The position numbers and the translations under genes are program-made. Below the pieces are notes generated by a model. The model was not told the origin of the DNA. It did no database searches and was given only the letters and a program-made list of their open reading frames with translations. 64,000 nucleotides of DNA from the human T2T-CHM13v2.0 reference genome, Homo sapiens: NCBI RefSeq assembly GCF_009914755.1, contig NC_060929.1; one strand, given 5' to 3'. Numbering within the stretch: position 1 is the stretch's first letter; every line of letters begins with the position of its first letter. Positions 1-14,005 of this stretch are shown here, piece by piece.

Positions 1-159
1 GAATTAATATATAAATACAGGTTCAGCTGTGAGGGACCCAACAATCAACTTTCCTCTCAGGTAGAAATCCCCTATGATTAGGGGTAGCCGGGCAGGTACA
101 GGAGACTATTATGAGTGAGGAGATACTCCCCAAAATGTCCACTACGACTTGGCTAGGTA

Positions 160-777
160 GGACAGACAAGAATTTCCTTCCCTACCCATCAGTGAATGTT
201 TGATAATTTGAGTTTATAAAATAAACTGGCAATAGACCAGTTAACAGGAAAGAAGGTATACATATTTATTAACACATGTATGGACATGGGAGTTAGTTAT
301 ACACGAAGAGTGAGACTCAGAAGAGGGGCTAAGATGACTGAAGTTTTTATATTATCCTGGGGGGACAGGAAGAATATGGACTTTGAACATGTTGGGGGGG
401 TGGTTATAGGAGGGAGAGAGGAGGAAAGGCCTGGGAGTGAAGGGGTCCTGTTAGGCAGATGAAACCTCTCAGGTAGCAGCTCTCAGAAGGAACAGACAGG
501 AGCTTGTGGTAAACGCTTCTCTGTCAGAACCTTATATTGTCAGACTTCAGCCTCCTTTTCCTGTGAGTTAATCTTTCCTAGATCCAGATAAGAGGTCCTC
601 AGAGAAAGTCTGTTTGCATCTGTTGTTTACTTCATTTTACTAATGTGGATTTCCTCTCCAGATGCAAATCTCCCGAACAAAAGGGCAGCTTTTCAAGGCT
701 AGTTTTGTGATCTGCAGCCCCTCAGAACAGGCATCTCAAAATATGCCAAAGGAGTTGAGATATTCTGGTTTCTTTCA
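160..777 (-). mobile_element. ERV1 solo LTR, MER34-like
   Basis: The reverse complement starts TGAAAGAAACCAGAATAT...GGCATATTTTGAGATG...GGGAGATTTGCATCTG, resembling MER34-family 5' ends. Left boundary approximate. Confidence 0.6.
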
Positions 778-1030
778 GCTAGGTTAGCCAACTTCTAGTA
801 TTTTCCCAACTAAACAAGGAGTTACGTATTACACAGTGGCCTTGCCTTTGAGCTGCTTAATCCTAATCCCTTCACCAATCCAGTGATTTCACCAGCTCAA
901 AGAGCTAATTGTGGCATTCACAGAGGATCCTGGTATGAGTCCCAATTGTGTCAACTAAATGCTCTAGTTTCCTATTTACTCCAGCATACGTGAAAGGAAT
1001 TGCAAATTATAAGCTTGGGATTCATATTTA

Positions 1031-1688
1031 TAATTGACCTTCATTATTCACAAATTCCATACTTGTGAATTTGCCTGTTTCTAAACTTTATTTGTAACCC
1101 AGAATCCACATTCACTGTGTTTACACATTTATTTATGGACATGTGTAGAGCAGTAAGAAATTGGAGTCATCCAACATACACACTCCCAGCTGAGGTGGAA
1201 CCAGGTGATGTTCTGCCACTTTGTTTCAGCTCTTCTTGTAAACAAGCATCTTTCTTCATGGTCTATTGATTGCCACATTTTTTGCACTTTTGTCCTTTGA
1301 TTTTGCTGTTTAAAATGGCCCCCAACTATAGTCCTGAAGTGCTGTCTAGTGTTTTTAAGCACAAGAAGGCTGACATGTGCCTTATAGAGAAAAATATGTG
1401 TTAGATAAGCTTCATCAAACATGAGGTACAGTCCTGTTGGCTATGAGATCAATATTAATAAATCAATACTATTTATTAAATAAGGTATCTTTAAACAGAA
1501 ACACACATAAAACAAAGTTATGTATTGATCAGTTGACAAAAATGTCATGACCAGAGGCTCACAGAAACCTAAGCCTATGTTTCCCCTAGGAGCAGTGGCT
1601 CAAAGGAAAAAGGACTTAGTACCCGTGATTCCAGCATTCGAAGTGCCTTGATAAAACATAACTGTTGTGATTAATGAGAATTGATCGG
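1031..1688. mobile_element. Tigger-family DNA transposon fossil (MER82-like)
   Basis: ~655 bp with degenerate terminal inverted repeats (taattgaccttcattattcac ... gtgattaatgagaattgatc). Internal cccagctgaggtggaaccaggtg and ttgacaaaaatgtcatgaccagaggctcacag match recalled MER82. Confidence 0.7.
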
Positions 1689-2589
1689 ACGTGTTAATCC
1701 AGTGAAATTTAGTTCAAGGGATTTTCATACCTGTTTTTATTTGCTACATCATGTAGATCTCAGTTGAAGCATATCTTTTTCTCAAAACAAGCCATTCAGA
1801 ACACAAATCTTTTATTTTTTTTAATATGCATCCTTTCAGAGAATCATTCTGTTTTTCTTTACCACTTGTCTACATTGATCCCAGGCCACTGGTGTCAGGT
1901 TTGTGAGAATTGTATAAATATATCCATAAATATCGGGAGTGCAAGCACTGTTCTACCGTTGACTGGAGAAACAGAGATTGTATTTCTTTAGTTCACTGTT
2001 GACAGGCTCAGGAAAGGGCTCATTGAGCCATAGAAGTTGACATTTGGCACAATTCATTCCACCTCCAGAGTAGCGAAGCTTCAGGAAACCATCTTCCATT
2101 CTTTCTAATGTTTCTGGTCAGTCATCATATGGCTTGCCACTTGTCTTGGTCCTGAAATTAATTAAGAAATAATAACGGAAAGGGGAAAGTAGGAAATAGG
2201 TAAGATGAATAATGATTAAATTCAATGCAATTATTATGAATTGACTCTAGAGTAAATGGAAAGGACAGGAGATGATAGCCTTTAAGACTGGTGGAAACTC
2301 ATCAGCAAAGGGTAATTTGGTTGCTGAAGTCAGACTTCAAACTCAGTGAGGATTATGCAGGGCACAACTGAAAAGAAAGGTGGACTTGTTACACTTGCAC
2401 AATTAGGGCTTGCAAATGGTCTTTTTCGGTCAGCTTTGGCTTGCTCATTATGTTGGCTTTCCCCCATCCTGAGTGACTAATCCATGCCGCCATTTCATCA
2501 TCATCAATCTTTCCTTCATTCATTGTGCATTTACTTGGAGCTGCTATGAGTTTCTAGACAAGATGAGACTGAGAGATGCTATATTGTGT

Positions 2590-2815
2590 AAAGTTTAACT
2601 GTTTGGACTGTAATTCAAGAGTGCCTGGATTTGAATTGCAGCTTGCCACTTATTAACTATGTCATTTCAGTCTGGTTAATTAACCTGCCTGGGCCTCAAT
2701 TTCCACAACTGTGAAGTACAGATAAACACCAGGCCCCATAAGGCTGTTATGAGGATTAAAAGAGATCATCCTCATATTGATGCTCTGTGCAGTGCCTGGC
2801 ATAGAGCAAGTACTT
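2590..2815 (+). mobile_element. MIR SINE
   Basis: cctggatttgaattgcagcttgccacttattaactatg...ctgggcctcaatttcc...gaggattaaa...cagtgcctggcatagagcaagtact. Confidence 0.7.
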
Positions 2816-3454
2816 TTCTGAGAAACAGAAGAGTGACCACTGTGCCAAGGTGTTCTTAGAAAGGAAGAGTGGTGCAAGACAAGGTAAGCAGGTCAGAATC
2901 CTGCGGGGCCTCACAGGGAGCCAAGGCAAAGATGTTTAAACAAATTCTTAAATGTCTTTGCATGGTTTGAAGCAGGGCACTGACAGCATTGTTTGCAAGA
3001 AAAGAACGTGTATTGCCGAAACTATATTTAGTATAAATGATTTTTTTAACTAGAAAAATTTGCAAGACAGCCTTACTACTCCACTTTTGTTCAGCCTGAT
3101 CAGCCTCTGAGCTACCCCACAGTGCTCCTAAATACCCTGACATAAAATTCTGCTAGGATGCACTAACTTTGATGTTGATGATAAAAGCACTGGTGAAAGA
3201 AGCATTAAGATCTGATATCCATGATGTGCTTACCCTTGTCAGTTTAACAGGCATTATTTTACTCAAACCTCACCACTTCCTGCCACTGTCTTATTATCCC
3301 ATTTTATGGATGAGGAACTGAGGCTAGAAATCTCACAGTTAGGAAGCACCTGGATTTCCACTGCACATTTTCTGCTCCAGGGCTCACTGGTTTCTCACTG
3401 ATTTCCAGAGGGGACTTGAATGTGATGGAGACACAGCCCTGTGGTCAGACAAGC

Positions 3455-3610
3455 TGTCTTAGCTCTGCCTCTTGCCTCTGTGCCCTCAGTTTTCCTATTT
3501 GAAAAATGTGCGTAATACCACCTACTTCAGAGTGGTTGTGAGGAATCACTGTATACAAAGCAGTCAGCATAGTGCTAGGCATATAGTAACCACTTCTTAA
3601 ATGTTCTACT
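3455..3610 (+). mobile_element. MIR SINE fragment
   Basis: Core ctctgtgccctcagttttcctatttgaaaaatg...taataccacctacttcagagtggttgtgagga. Confidence 0.65.
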
Positions 3611-4461
3611 ATGGTCATTATTTTGCTGCATTGCCAGTTCACTATGGTGTTTTCCGGATCTAATGCACAGAAGGATTAGAATGCTTTGTTTCCTTAAAAG
3701 GCTTCTCCTTCCCATTAACCAGCTCCCTTGTCTCTGAGACAGCGTGTCATGCATGATAGAAACACAGCCCATCCCCTGTAAAGGACTGCTATGTCATTTA
3801 CACATCTGTTCCTCCTCCCTCGATAGGGGTGGAACAGAGAAGCTCTTTAGGCACACATTCAGGAAGCTAAGCCCCAATTCTTTCTAAACTAGTTTTCTCC
3901 ATATTATGCTTTTTAATTAAACCTTTCAAGGTTTAATTAGGAAACAACATGAGTCATCTTTGTTTCTGAAAATGTATTTGTGGTTTGGCTAATTATGTAG
4001 TGAGATTTAATATGATTTCTCCTCATGTGTGAAATTAATACATTGAATATTTTTAAAAGGAAAACATCTAAAGCATTTACCTGGGCACCAGATGGTGAGC
4101 AAATAATCAGTTCAAAGGAATTCCTCTTAAAGTAATGCTAAGAAAAGCTGTGCTGGCTTTAACTGGGTCACTTTACATAGGATGCCTCAAAGAGAGAGAA
4201 ACACTGTCTCTTAACCAATACATCCATTCCTGCAGCCTTTAGTGTCACTCCATTGCTTGGAGATAAGATCTAGCTTTCTTTACAAGGTGCTTCACTCTAA
4301 TACTGACTCCCACCCAACTCGTGAATGCTCTTCTCCAACTACATCCTACACTGTCATTCTTCAAAACCATGACGCTCCCTCATGCCTTGGTGGTCTTGTA
4401 CATGGTGTGGTTCTCCCTGCAGTGCCTTGTCTCATTGTTTTTGGATAAACTTATCTGCATT

Positions 4462-5024
4462 TGAGTTAACAATATCTTTATTTTCTGTATTCTGATGCTT
4501 TGACATCATGGGGGAATTGCTGACGCTGGAGGAACTGCCTCTTGCAGGGTTGGTGAATTCCTAGACACAGCAAACAGCTGCCTACCTGCAAACCTCCTTA
4601 TTTCATATGCAAACCATCTAATCTAGGGAACATATCCAACCACCTCCATGATCAGGCTCTCACTTTCTGGACCACTGTCTCCCTCCCCTAATCACTCCAG
4701 GGTCAGGTGCCAGACAACTGGGGACAGCCCCTCCACCCAACACCACTGAAAAATTCCTCAAACTAGCCCATCCTAAGCTTGCTATGTCTTTGCTTGGTCT
4801 CTCCATGGAACCCACAATAGAGGCTCCTGCCCACATTTTCCCTTCACTCCCTGTGCCTCCTGACCAACCCCCAAGGCTTTCCTATGTGACCCCTCTTGAG
4901 TGGCATGATATGCCTCTGCCTCTAGGGATCTGTAGGCATAAGGTTCTTCCATCCTGACAGTACTTTCTATGTCTGCTTGTTTTAACTGTAACCAAGATTT
5001 GTCATAATTGGTTATAGTAAAACA
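4462..5024 (+). mobile_element. ERVL-class solo LTR (MER74/MER73/MER54-like)
   Basis: attctgatgctttgacatc...gctgacgctggaggaactgcc...tttcatatgcaaacca...ggtgccagacaactgggacagccc; TG...CA termini. Confidence 0.6.
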
Positions 5025-5480
5025 TCTTTCCAAGTGCAGCTCAAAAGCTACTTTCTCTGTGTTGGCCTCTCCATTTCTCTTCCAAAGATGCTTACTGTTC
5101 ACAAGCTGCATTGTAATACAAACATGTCTGTCTTCCTCATTAGGCTAAGCTTTCCTAAATTCCATGCCATGTTCTTCTCTGAATTCCCAACCTTTAGCAT
5201 GAGGCCTGACATAAGTACTATGCAGTACACATGAGGAGTACGTGAATGAAATGAAAATAATACACCCTTTCAAGCTGAATCCATTAGTAGCAGATGAGTC
5301 AGAAAATAGTAGGGTATGAATGTTTCCCTAATTCTCCCAATATGAATGGGCACTGTAACTTGTTGGTTCAAAGTACAAGTCCCTCAATTTCAACTATGCC
5401 ATGTCCCAAGTATGTGGCTTTGGAAAAGGTGTTTCTTCTCAATGTGCTTTGGTTTTTTTATCTTAAATATAGGGATAATA

Positions 5481-5617
<137 letters not shown>

Positions 5618-5672
5618 TTATTTTAAATAGGGATAATAGTAGTATCTATCTCCAAGTGCTTTAAAGATGAAA

Positions 5673-5857
5673 TGGGCATGGTGGCTCACATCTATAATAC
5701 CAGCACTTTGGGAGGTTGAGGCAGGAGGATCGCTTGAAGCCATGAGTTCAAGACCAGCCTGGCAACAAAGTGAGACCCTATTTCTACCAAAAAAAAAAAA
5801 AAAATGAAAGAAAAAAATTAGCCAGGTATGTTGGTACATGCCTGTAGTCCCAGCTAC
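5673..5857 (+). mobile_element. AluJ-like, truncated in the right arm
   Basis: Left arm, expanded A-rich linker and start of right arm (ttagccaggtatgttggtacatgcctgtagtcccagctac), ending abruptly in (TA)n. Confidence 0.8.
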
Positions 5858-6004
5858 GTATTATATTATATATATATAAAGATGAAAAGAAATAAGGCCA
5901 CAGGTCTTTTGACAAACTCTTTGCTCTACCTGTAATACTCTTTTCTTCTCCTCCTCTACTGCCTAACCCCTCCTTACCCTTGATGTCACAGCCCCAGGGC
6001 CACT

Positions 6005-6478
6005 TTATTAGAGAAACCTTCTCTTATGTTTATGTATACAAATATGCACACACACATACAGAGAGAGAGAAGTGGAAGGTGGGGAAAATAGAAAAAGATT
6101 TATTTTAAGGAATTGGGTCACACACTTGTAGAGGCTTGGCACACAAAATTTTCAGGGTAGGCCAGCAGGTGGAGACCCAAGAAAAGGTTGCAGTTTTTTT
6201 GCCAAAAGACTGCCTTTTGATACAACTGTTGTTCTTCCAGGGAAGTCAGTCTTGTTCTATTGAGACTTTCAACTGATTGGATGAGGCCCACCCACATTCT
6301 GGAGCCTAATCTGCTTTACTCGAAGTCCACTGATATAAATGTTAATCTCATCATATATTATATATATATATATGATGTATATATACACACACACACACAG
6401 AGAAACATCTAGAATAATGTTTGGCCAAATATCTGGACACCGTGTCCTAGCCAAGTTTACACATATAATTAACCATTA
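6005..6478 (-). mobile_element. MLT2-family ERVL LTR with internal (TA)n(CA)n
   Basis: gatttattttaaggaattgggtcacac...aatgttaatctcatc...agaataatgtttggccaaatatctgg...aattaaccat. Confidence 0.7.
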
Positions 6479-7159
6479 GAGATTGTAACCTGAATGAGGG
6501 CAAGATTCAGTTTAATATGCCTAACTGCTGTATCTAGCACATTAATAATTATTTTTCGAGTGGACATACAGTACTGCAGAGTACATACCTAAATGCATAG
6601 TCTGTGGTGGATGGTGTTGCACTATACAATAGAAACTTAGGAAACAGCCAGGACCCAGCAATTTAAACGGCTGTCATATGATGAAAGGAAAGTTCCCAGA
6701 ACATCCACTAGTGAAGGTCTGTAAGAGGGGTGATAGGTAGAGGGAACCAACAAGATGACCCTTTAGCCTAGGCCCTAAGCACAGAGGGTGACGGCAGTCA
6801 AAGAAACTTTTTTTTTTTTTTTTGGCTATCTGTCAGTTTTTGTTTCCAAACCCCAATGTAGACTTTAATAAGCAGAGCTGGATCACACTTGGGTCACAAG
6901 GATTACACAGTTCTCCTTAATCTCCTTTTACCAAAGACTGACCCAGAGAGAAACACTCTCTAACAGAGGCCCACCTCAAATGCCTTACTGCTCCTTCCAG
7001 GTACTTAGCTCCTACCCTGGTAGTCCCAGAAGCTCTACCCCTGCCTTCTCTGCAGGAGGGAATGAGGACTGGCAGAACTTTCAGATGCCACAAGGAGCCA
7101 AAAGAGACCACGTTTGTGTACATCACTTTTTATCTAAGTGTTTCAATGAACAGTCACCG

Positions 7160-8870
7160 AGCATCAATTCAACAAATGGATATTGAGCACCAATTATGGG
7201 GAAAGGAGATGCAACAGGCCATATAACTAATAAGCAAAGGTCAGGCAGGAATAAATATTAGGGAGAAAAAAGAAAGTAGGACCAGTAGGAAGGTGAGCAT
7301 CTGGGGAGGATTCTGTTATAAATGGGTGGTCAGGAATGACCTTTCTAATCAGCTGACATTTAAGCATACACCTGAAGGGACTGAGCCAAGTATATATTTG
7401 GGGAAATGTGTTTGTGCAAAGGTCCTGAGGATGTATCATGCTTTGTTCGGGGAAGAGCACAGTAACTGATGTATCTAGAACAGGGTGAAAAAGGGGAAGA
7501 ATATTCAGACAGGAGGATGGAGAAGCAGCACGGAGCCAGATGCAATGAAGCATTCTGGATGATGTAAAGACTGGACCTCTCTCCCTGTCTGAGGTGGCTA
7601 CCACCTGTGGGTTTTGAGCAAAGGCCTGAAATCAGGGTCATGAAGAATCAATGGGTGCCCAGCAGAGGGCCTGTACTCTGAAACAAAAGGCAATCTCCCA
7701 AAGAAATCTTTATTTTCTAATTCACTCAAAGTTACCTTTTGCTCATAAAGTTTGCTTTCTAAGGATTACTACTTTGGTCCAGATGTGCCACCTTTATTAC
7801 ATTCTGGCTTCTGTGAGGAGAAATGACTGTGGGGGCAGGGAGGAAAGCCAGGAGATCAGTTAAAGAGGCTTTTGCAAAACCCAGGGAAGATAGGATGGTG
7901 CCTTGGACTAGGATGGCAGCAGTAGACATTTCGAAAAGTGCTTAGATTTTGAATATATATTGAATGCAGAGATAATGGGATTTCCTGGCATGTTAGTGTG
8001 TGGATGTGAGAGAAAAGGATCAGTGATAGCCTCAATGATTGTAGCCTGAGCAACTGGAAAATGAGGCTGCACACAGCGGAAACGGGGAAGGCTCTGGTGG
8101 GGCCTAGGCCTGGAGAGTTGGGGAGGGGAAGAAATCAGAAGTTTAGTGTACATGTGTTAAGTTTGAGATGTTTTAAGTTGGATATACAAGTATGGAGTTC
8201 AAGGCAGAAGATGTCAGTATAGGAGTAATCTGTGTAGAGATGGTAACCAGGCCAGGATACTGGTTAAGATCACCTAGGAGGTAAGTATTGATTAAGGTCA
8301 GGAAGATGAGGAGGAACCAGTATATAAGTCTAATAAAGAACTGCCAGTGAGATAAGAGGATAATTGAAAGAGATGTTCCAGAAGGCCAGTGTTGATAGTT
8401 TCAAGAAGGAAGGAACAATGAATGGTGTCACATGCTGCTGGAAGATTGACTAATGAAACTGGCACTGGACCGTTCAGTTTTTTCTCATCATGGAAATGGA
8501 GAGAGCTAAAATCACCAAATATTTAAAGGAGTTTTGATATCAAAGGGAGAGAAATTAGGCAGTAGTTGAAGGGGAATTTGGGATCAATGGATCTAATGGA
8601 GGACATCTGCATGAAGATTAGAGTGAAGCAAGAGAGAAAGAAAAATTGATGATACAGAAGAGAGGCTAGCAAGATGGTATGCTCAAGTGGGGAAGAGAAG
8701 ACCCAGAGTGTGAGCAAGGGCTGAACCCTAGCAGCATGGAGAGTCCATGTAGAGCAACAGGGTGGGAGACAAGGTGAGGACTGATGCAGAGTGAGTGGGT
8801 GTTGGGAATATATGGAAGTCCTCTTCTGATGGTTGTCTTTTTCTTAGTGAAATAGGAAGCAAGGTCATTA
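7160..8870 (-). mobile_element. L2 LINE fragments
   Basis: L2 3' end as attcaacaaatggatattgagcacc, followed by purine-rich L2 body (gcctgagcaactggaaaatgaggctgc, ttggatatacaagtatggagttcaagg). Confidence 0.7.
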
Positions 8871-10349
8871 GAAAAGAAAAGGAAGACTGTCACATCTATA
8901 TCACCTTCTCTTTTGATTCCAGTGTCTCCCAATTGGAATCCCAAAGAACCAGAGCAATTGATTACAAAAGTACTTGGCAACTGAAAAGCATGATCAGTCG
9001 CAGAAATAATGATTATTTCTTGAATGACTGTGATCTCTATAAGCCTTGAGTGCCCTATAGTTTATTCCTAGAGCGAAATCATATTTCACTGGCGAAGTAA
9101 TTTAGGAAGGAACGCCATTCTGCTGACTAACTCAGAAGCCCACAGTGTAGTCGATTCTCCTTTTGCCTCCCCCTTGTCTCTTTTTTATTAAGTAGATCAA
9201 ATTAGCCTCTCCTCTCAAATTGCATCTCCCAATACTGAAAGCTCTAAAGAAAAACAACACACAAACAGAGTAGCAAAGACAAATTCTGCAAATGAAGGGA
9301 ACAGAACAGAGAAGATAATCTGAGCAGGCAAGACCAAGTTTGATTCTTGGCAGACATAGGAGGAAAGAAAGCTGTGAATACTCACACATTAATGATTTTT
9401 ATATTGTCACAACTACAATCAAAGCCCTGATGACAGTGTTGTCATAAAGTCTATACAGCCACTACTCTTGGCTTGGGTTTACTGTGTATCCTGGGCTACA
9501 GGTTCAGAATTCACCATGATAAATTATTCCAAGACTGTTCAAGCTCCCCTTATCACACTGTGTTTTAGTATCTCTTCCCAAGCCTAAAATACAATGTGTA
9601 CTTTTACACCAAATATAGAATCTCAGAGAAAGAAGCTTGGAGTTTATCTTATCCAATGCTTCTTCCAGTTCCAGAATTATTCTTATACATTCCCTGGCAG
9701 CCAGCCATTTGTACTTTATAAACAGCCTCAGTTATAGGTCGACCATTCCACTTATGGGATGTTTTGTATTATAACAAGCTGAAATCTCTCCCTTCTACTT
9801 CTAACTTTTGAATCTTTGACTACTCTCTGGGGCCACACAAGACAACACACATCCTATCACCTTTTTGTGGGGACCCAGCCACCATCTTTCCTCCATCTTG
9901 CCCAATAAAGGTGCAATCACTTTCTGAATCACAAATATGTCTTCATTTAGGGTAAAAGCTTTTTGTATAATCTTTGCTTGCTAGTAAATTAGACATTTAA
10001 AAAACGAATATGCCTACTGGAAGTGAAGTTCTGAGTAGTCCTTTGCCTAGAGAGGGTTAAAAGCTTCTGTAATGCCAGCACTACCAAATTTAACGGAAAG
10101 GACAGAACTGGATGAAATTATATTTTAAATGATATATCTGCCAGGATTACTACAAGGAATGAAAGGGAAGGAGCACCAAGTTATCTGAGATTGAAAGGTA
10201 AAATGAGGGAGAGTTGCTCACCCTGCATCCCACTGAACTGTCACCTCCATCCTGCTCCTGAACATCTTTCCTCTGTCACACATTCATTCAGTGGCTGCAG
10301 GCTCCAATCTTTGAGCTAGGTGCCAGAGTTTCAACGGTGAGCATTCTTT

Positions 10350-11130
10350 CACTTACTCATTCAACACCTATTTATTATAGACTTAAACGTTGCCAGCATC
10401 ATCCTACCAATGGGATTAGCAGTGAACAAAACAATAGGAAAAAACATTCCTCTCTTTGTGCAGTTAATATTCTAGTGAGGAGAATAAATGAATCCAGCAA
10501 TACCGTAAATATATGCAAAATTGCAGCAGTTAACCATGCTATGAAGGGAAGATTCAGGATGCTACAAAAGCATGTAATAGAAGGAACCTGAGCTAGTTCA
10601 AATGAGGAGGAAAGCCTCCCCTGAGGGGGTGATGCTTGACTTGCGCTCTTGAGGATGAGCAGGAGAAGGACTGGCACGGGAGTGGCATGTATGAGAGGTG
10701 AAAGGAAGGCATGATCAAGGTTAGAGATCAGAGGTAAGGAAAATCCAGACAACGCAGGGCTTGTGGGCCATGTTAAGTTTTTTCACTTGTTAGCTGATGA
10801 GCAGTGAGAGTCCACTGAAGTGTTTTAAGCCAAGTGTGTGTGTGTGTGTGTGTGTGTGTATGCATGCATGCATAATATGAGCAAATTTGTATTTATAAGA
10901 GATCACTCTTTCTGCAATGTACAGAATGGATGGGAAGGGAGCACGGTGAAAATAGAGTTAGGAAATTATTCTCATGTTCCAGAGGAGAGATGGCAGTGAC
11001 TTGGATCAAGGTGATAACAGTGGGTGTAAAAACACAGTGACAGATTAACAAGAGTTTGAGGAGGTAAACCCAAATTGTGATGATTTGAATCTGGGAGGCA
11101 AGGGAGAGCACGAAGACTGTAGAAATCTCT
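10350..11130 (-). mobile_element. L2 LINE fragment
   Basis: tcattcaacacctatttatt 3' end; cagggcttgtgggccatgttaag; gagatcactctt...agagatggcagtgacttggatcaaggtg. Confidence 0.65.
10834..10874. repeat. (GT)13 microsatellite continuing as (ATGC)3
   Basis: Seen directly; about 40 bp of uninterrupted purine-pyrimidine alternation. Confidence 0.95.
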
Positions 11131-11304
11131 GGCCAGGCCTGTCATGTGCACAGTTCAGTTATCTGGCATGGAAGATAATGCACTGCACCAGGGTAGGCAC
11201 TGGACATTGTTGGTTTAATATGATGTTCACATAGGACACCTAGTTACTGTTATGTAACCAATGGAGCAAGATGTAACTGTGGCATAAGAAAATATAACTA
11301 GATA

Positions 11305-11602
11305 CCCGGGCGTGGTGGCTCACGCCTGTAATCCCAGCACTTTGGGAGGCCGAGGCAGGCAGATCACGAGGTCAGGAGATAGAGACCATCCTGGCTAACA
11401 CGGTGAAACCCCGCCTCTATTAAAAATACAAAAAAACATTAGCTAGGCATGGTGGCGGGCACCTGCAGTCCCAGCTACTCAGGAGGCTGAAGCAGGAGAA
11501 TGGGGTGAACCCAGGAGGTGGAGCTTGCAGTGAGCCAAGATCTCGCCTCTGCACTCCAGCCTGGGTGACAGAGCGAGACTCCATCTCCAAAAAAAAAAAA
11601 GA
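11305..11602 (+). mobile_element. AluY
   Basis: Full dimer with Y-diagnostic gagaccatcctggctaacacggtg and ggagcttgcagtgagc. 19-bp TSD aagaaaatataactagata at 11286-11304 and 11603-11621. Confidence 0.95.
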
Positions 11603-13764
11603 AAGAAAATATAACTAGATATTATTCTAGTGGTTCAGCTTTCTAAAGACTTATTATGGTGGTTGTTTACAAGTATGTGAGTTAATTGTGCTAGAGTTTC
11701 AGAATGATATGTTTAAGGGGTATAAATATCTATAAGCCCCCAGTTAGGTCTTCCTGCAAACTGGCAAGACTACACACTGAAGAGACAGAATCCCATAGCC
11801 ATCAATCCATGCCAATCTGGAGAGACTTGAGAAATTTCTCCTCTTATATATCCTCCAGCTTGAGATCTCTTACTTTGCTAAGAATGTGTTTGTTTTTTTG
11901 TACTTATGGCAGTAAAATATAATGTAAGATGATTGAAATTCCAGCATGCTCATTTTTCTGAGGTTTCACATAGTGCTCTGTTGGACTTCCACAGCATCAG
12001 AAATGGAATCCTAGGTAGTGACTAAGGGTGGCGATGCCACTCACTGGGAAAGGAAGTTCTGTAAGAGGGTCAGACTTGGGGAGGAAATGCCCCAGTTAAT
12101 TTGGGGCATATTGAGTTTGGGTGTCTAAGATGAAACACAGTCATGGAGACGTTGATCAACAATATGAGTCTGGAGTTCCAAGGAGTTGTCTAGAATGATG
12201 GCTCTAAGAATGACTTACACTGTCTCAGGGGAGAACCATGCTTGATCAAGAAGCGTTGCATATCAGAAATGCTGTAGAGAGCCATTTCTGCAAGGAAGGT
12301 TGGGCCAGGGCCTCCTTACTCTGAGGTTCTATGATTTATTAATAGATATTATTAAAACCACTTGAGCATCTGAGTAAAGCTGTGTTAGCCCTGGATGAAC
12401 TGGTTAGAAAGAAACAAGACTACTTCAGCCAGCTTATGGAAATGTATGAGGAGGAAACAGGAATGTGAGATGGAGTCCAGAGCCAGCTGGGTCTGATGGG
12501 TTCCATAAATAAGAACTGGACTCCATCTGTAAGACAGATGATCCCTTTCTCTGGAGGGAAAGGTCCTTGCTTTTGCTGGTGATAAAACAAAATAGCCACC
12601 CCAACCCTAGCCAGAGTGGCCAACAGAGATTGGCCAATTCCACACTCTTGCCCCAGGTAAAATATCCTGCCAGCCCATTTCCAAGTATCTCAGTCCAGGG
12701 AGTCTGCCCACTGCCTGCTCAGCAGGGGTTATGGGAACAGAGTTTCTCAGAAAGGGCATTGGCAGGCTTGATAAATTGACTAACGTGTCTGCACACAATA
12801 TAATGAATGATCTTCCCATCTTTGAAGAAAAAAACAAACTTTCTGCTTTCCAATCAACAACTCTTAATTATCTTTATGGTTATTAATTCATACATCCATA
12901 TTTCTCCTTGATAGTTTATTACTCTTATGCTTTCTGTCAACTATTTTCTATCTGTCACTTTCCAGTACTGGATATTAACGTTTCCTTTCTCAAATTCTAG
13001 TCATCTCCAAAGCATTTTGCACTTCTCAATTGTATTTATGTCACTGTTTGATCTTGTTTTGTGTCTAAGTAAGTGGTTATCTTCTTGTAATCCATCTTGA
13101 AGATGGCCGTACTGAAACATTCTGAAATTCCTGAAATATTTTAGAACTATTTGCATCTTGTTTTCTTTTCAGAGACCTTGCCTATTACAATAATTATGAG
13201 GAGGGTCAGCCTCAGACCCTAAATAAAACTGCCCCCTAAGAATGTTTGTCTCTCCTGAAAATAGCACGGGCATCTGGACATGTCCAAAACCTAACCCCTT
13301 AGCTTCTTCCCTGTTCCTTGTGCTGTGTTGTCAGACTTAAGATATAAATCTGGTTGTCATCCCTCTGCACATTAACCTCTATCCTACATAATTACTTTCT
13401 AACTTGTGTACCACACTCTGCAATCTTCTCTATCCTGAAGCCAGATGGTCTCTCTAAACACAGTTTTACCATGCCTACCATGTAATTCACTGTTTAACTG
13501 CCTTTAAAGGAAAGACCCCATACTCCTTTCTTCAGCCAACAAGGTTCTAATGGCCTATTCACCCCTCTCCAACTCCCTGGGCTTTAACAAACTCTTTATG
13601 CTCCTTCAGCCTGACGAAGTCTTTTTTCCATCTCCTGTTTCTTTCTCCTTAAGGTCCCCTCCTCAAGCATGGGTTAGCCGCGCCAGGCCCAGCTCAGATT
13701 CTCCATCTCATTCTAATTCTCTTACAATAACTGCTTTTTGTTATATTTCAATGGTCAGGTTTGT

Positions 13765-13990
13765 CTTCCACAGGAGAGGAAGTGTAATCAGTGCTGATGT
13801 TAGGGCCAGAATGGTTGGGTTCAAAACCAAGTTTTGCTGCTACATATCTGTATGATTGTGGTCAAGTTACTTAACCTCTCTGTGCCTCAGTTTTCTGGAT
13901 GCAAAACAGGGATAGTAATAGAATCTGTTAAACAGTACATTGTCCTATTCTCTACATTTAGTACTATGGTAACACATAACCAAGCCTCAA
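13765..13990 (+). mobile_element. MIR SINE
   Basis: tggtcaagttacttaacctctctgtgcctcagttttctggatgcaaaacagggatagtaatag. Confidence 0.75.
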
Positions 13991-14005
13991 ATATCTATAG
14001 GATAG

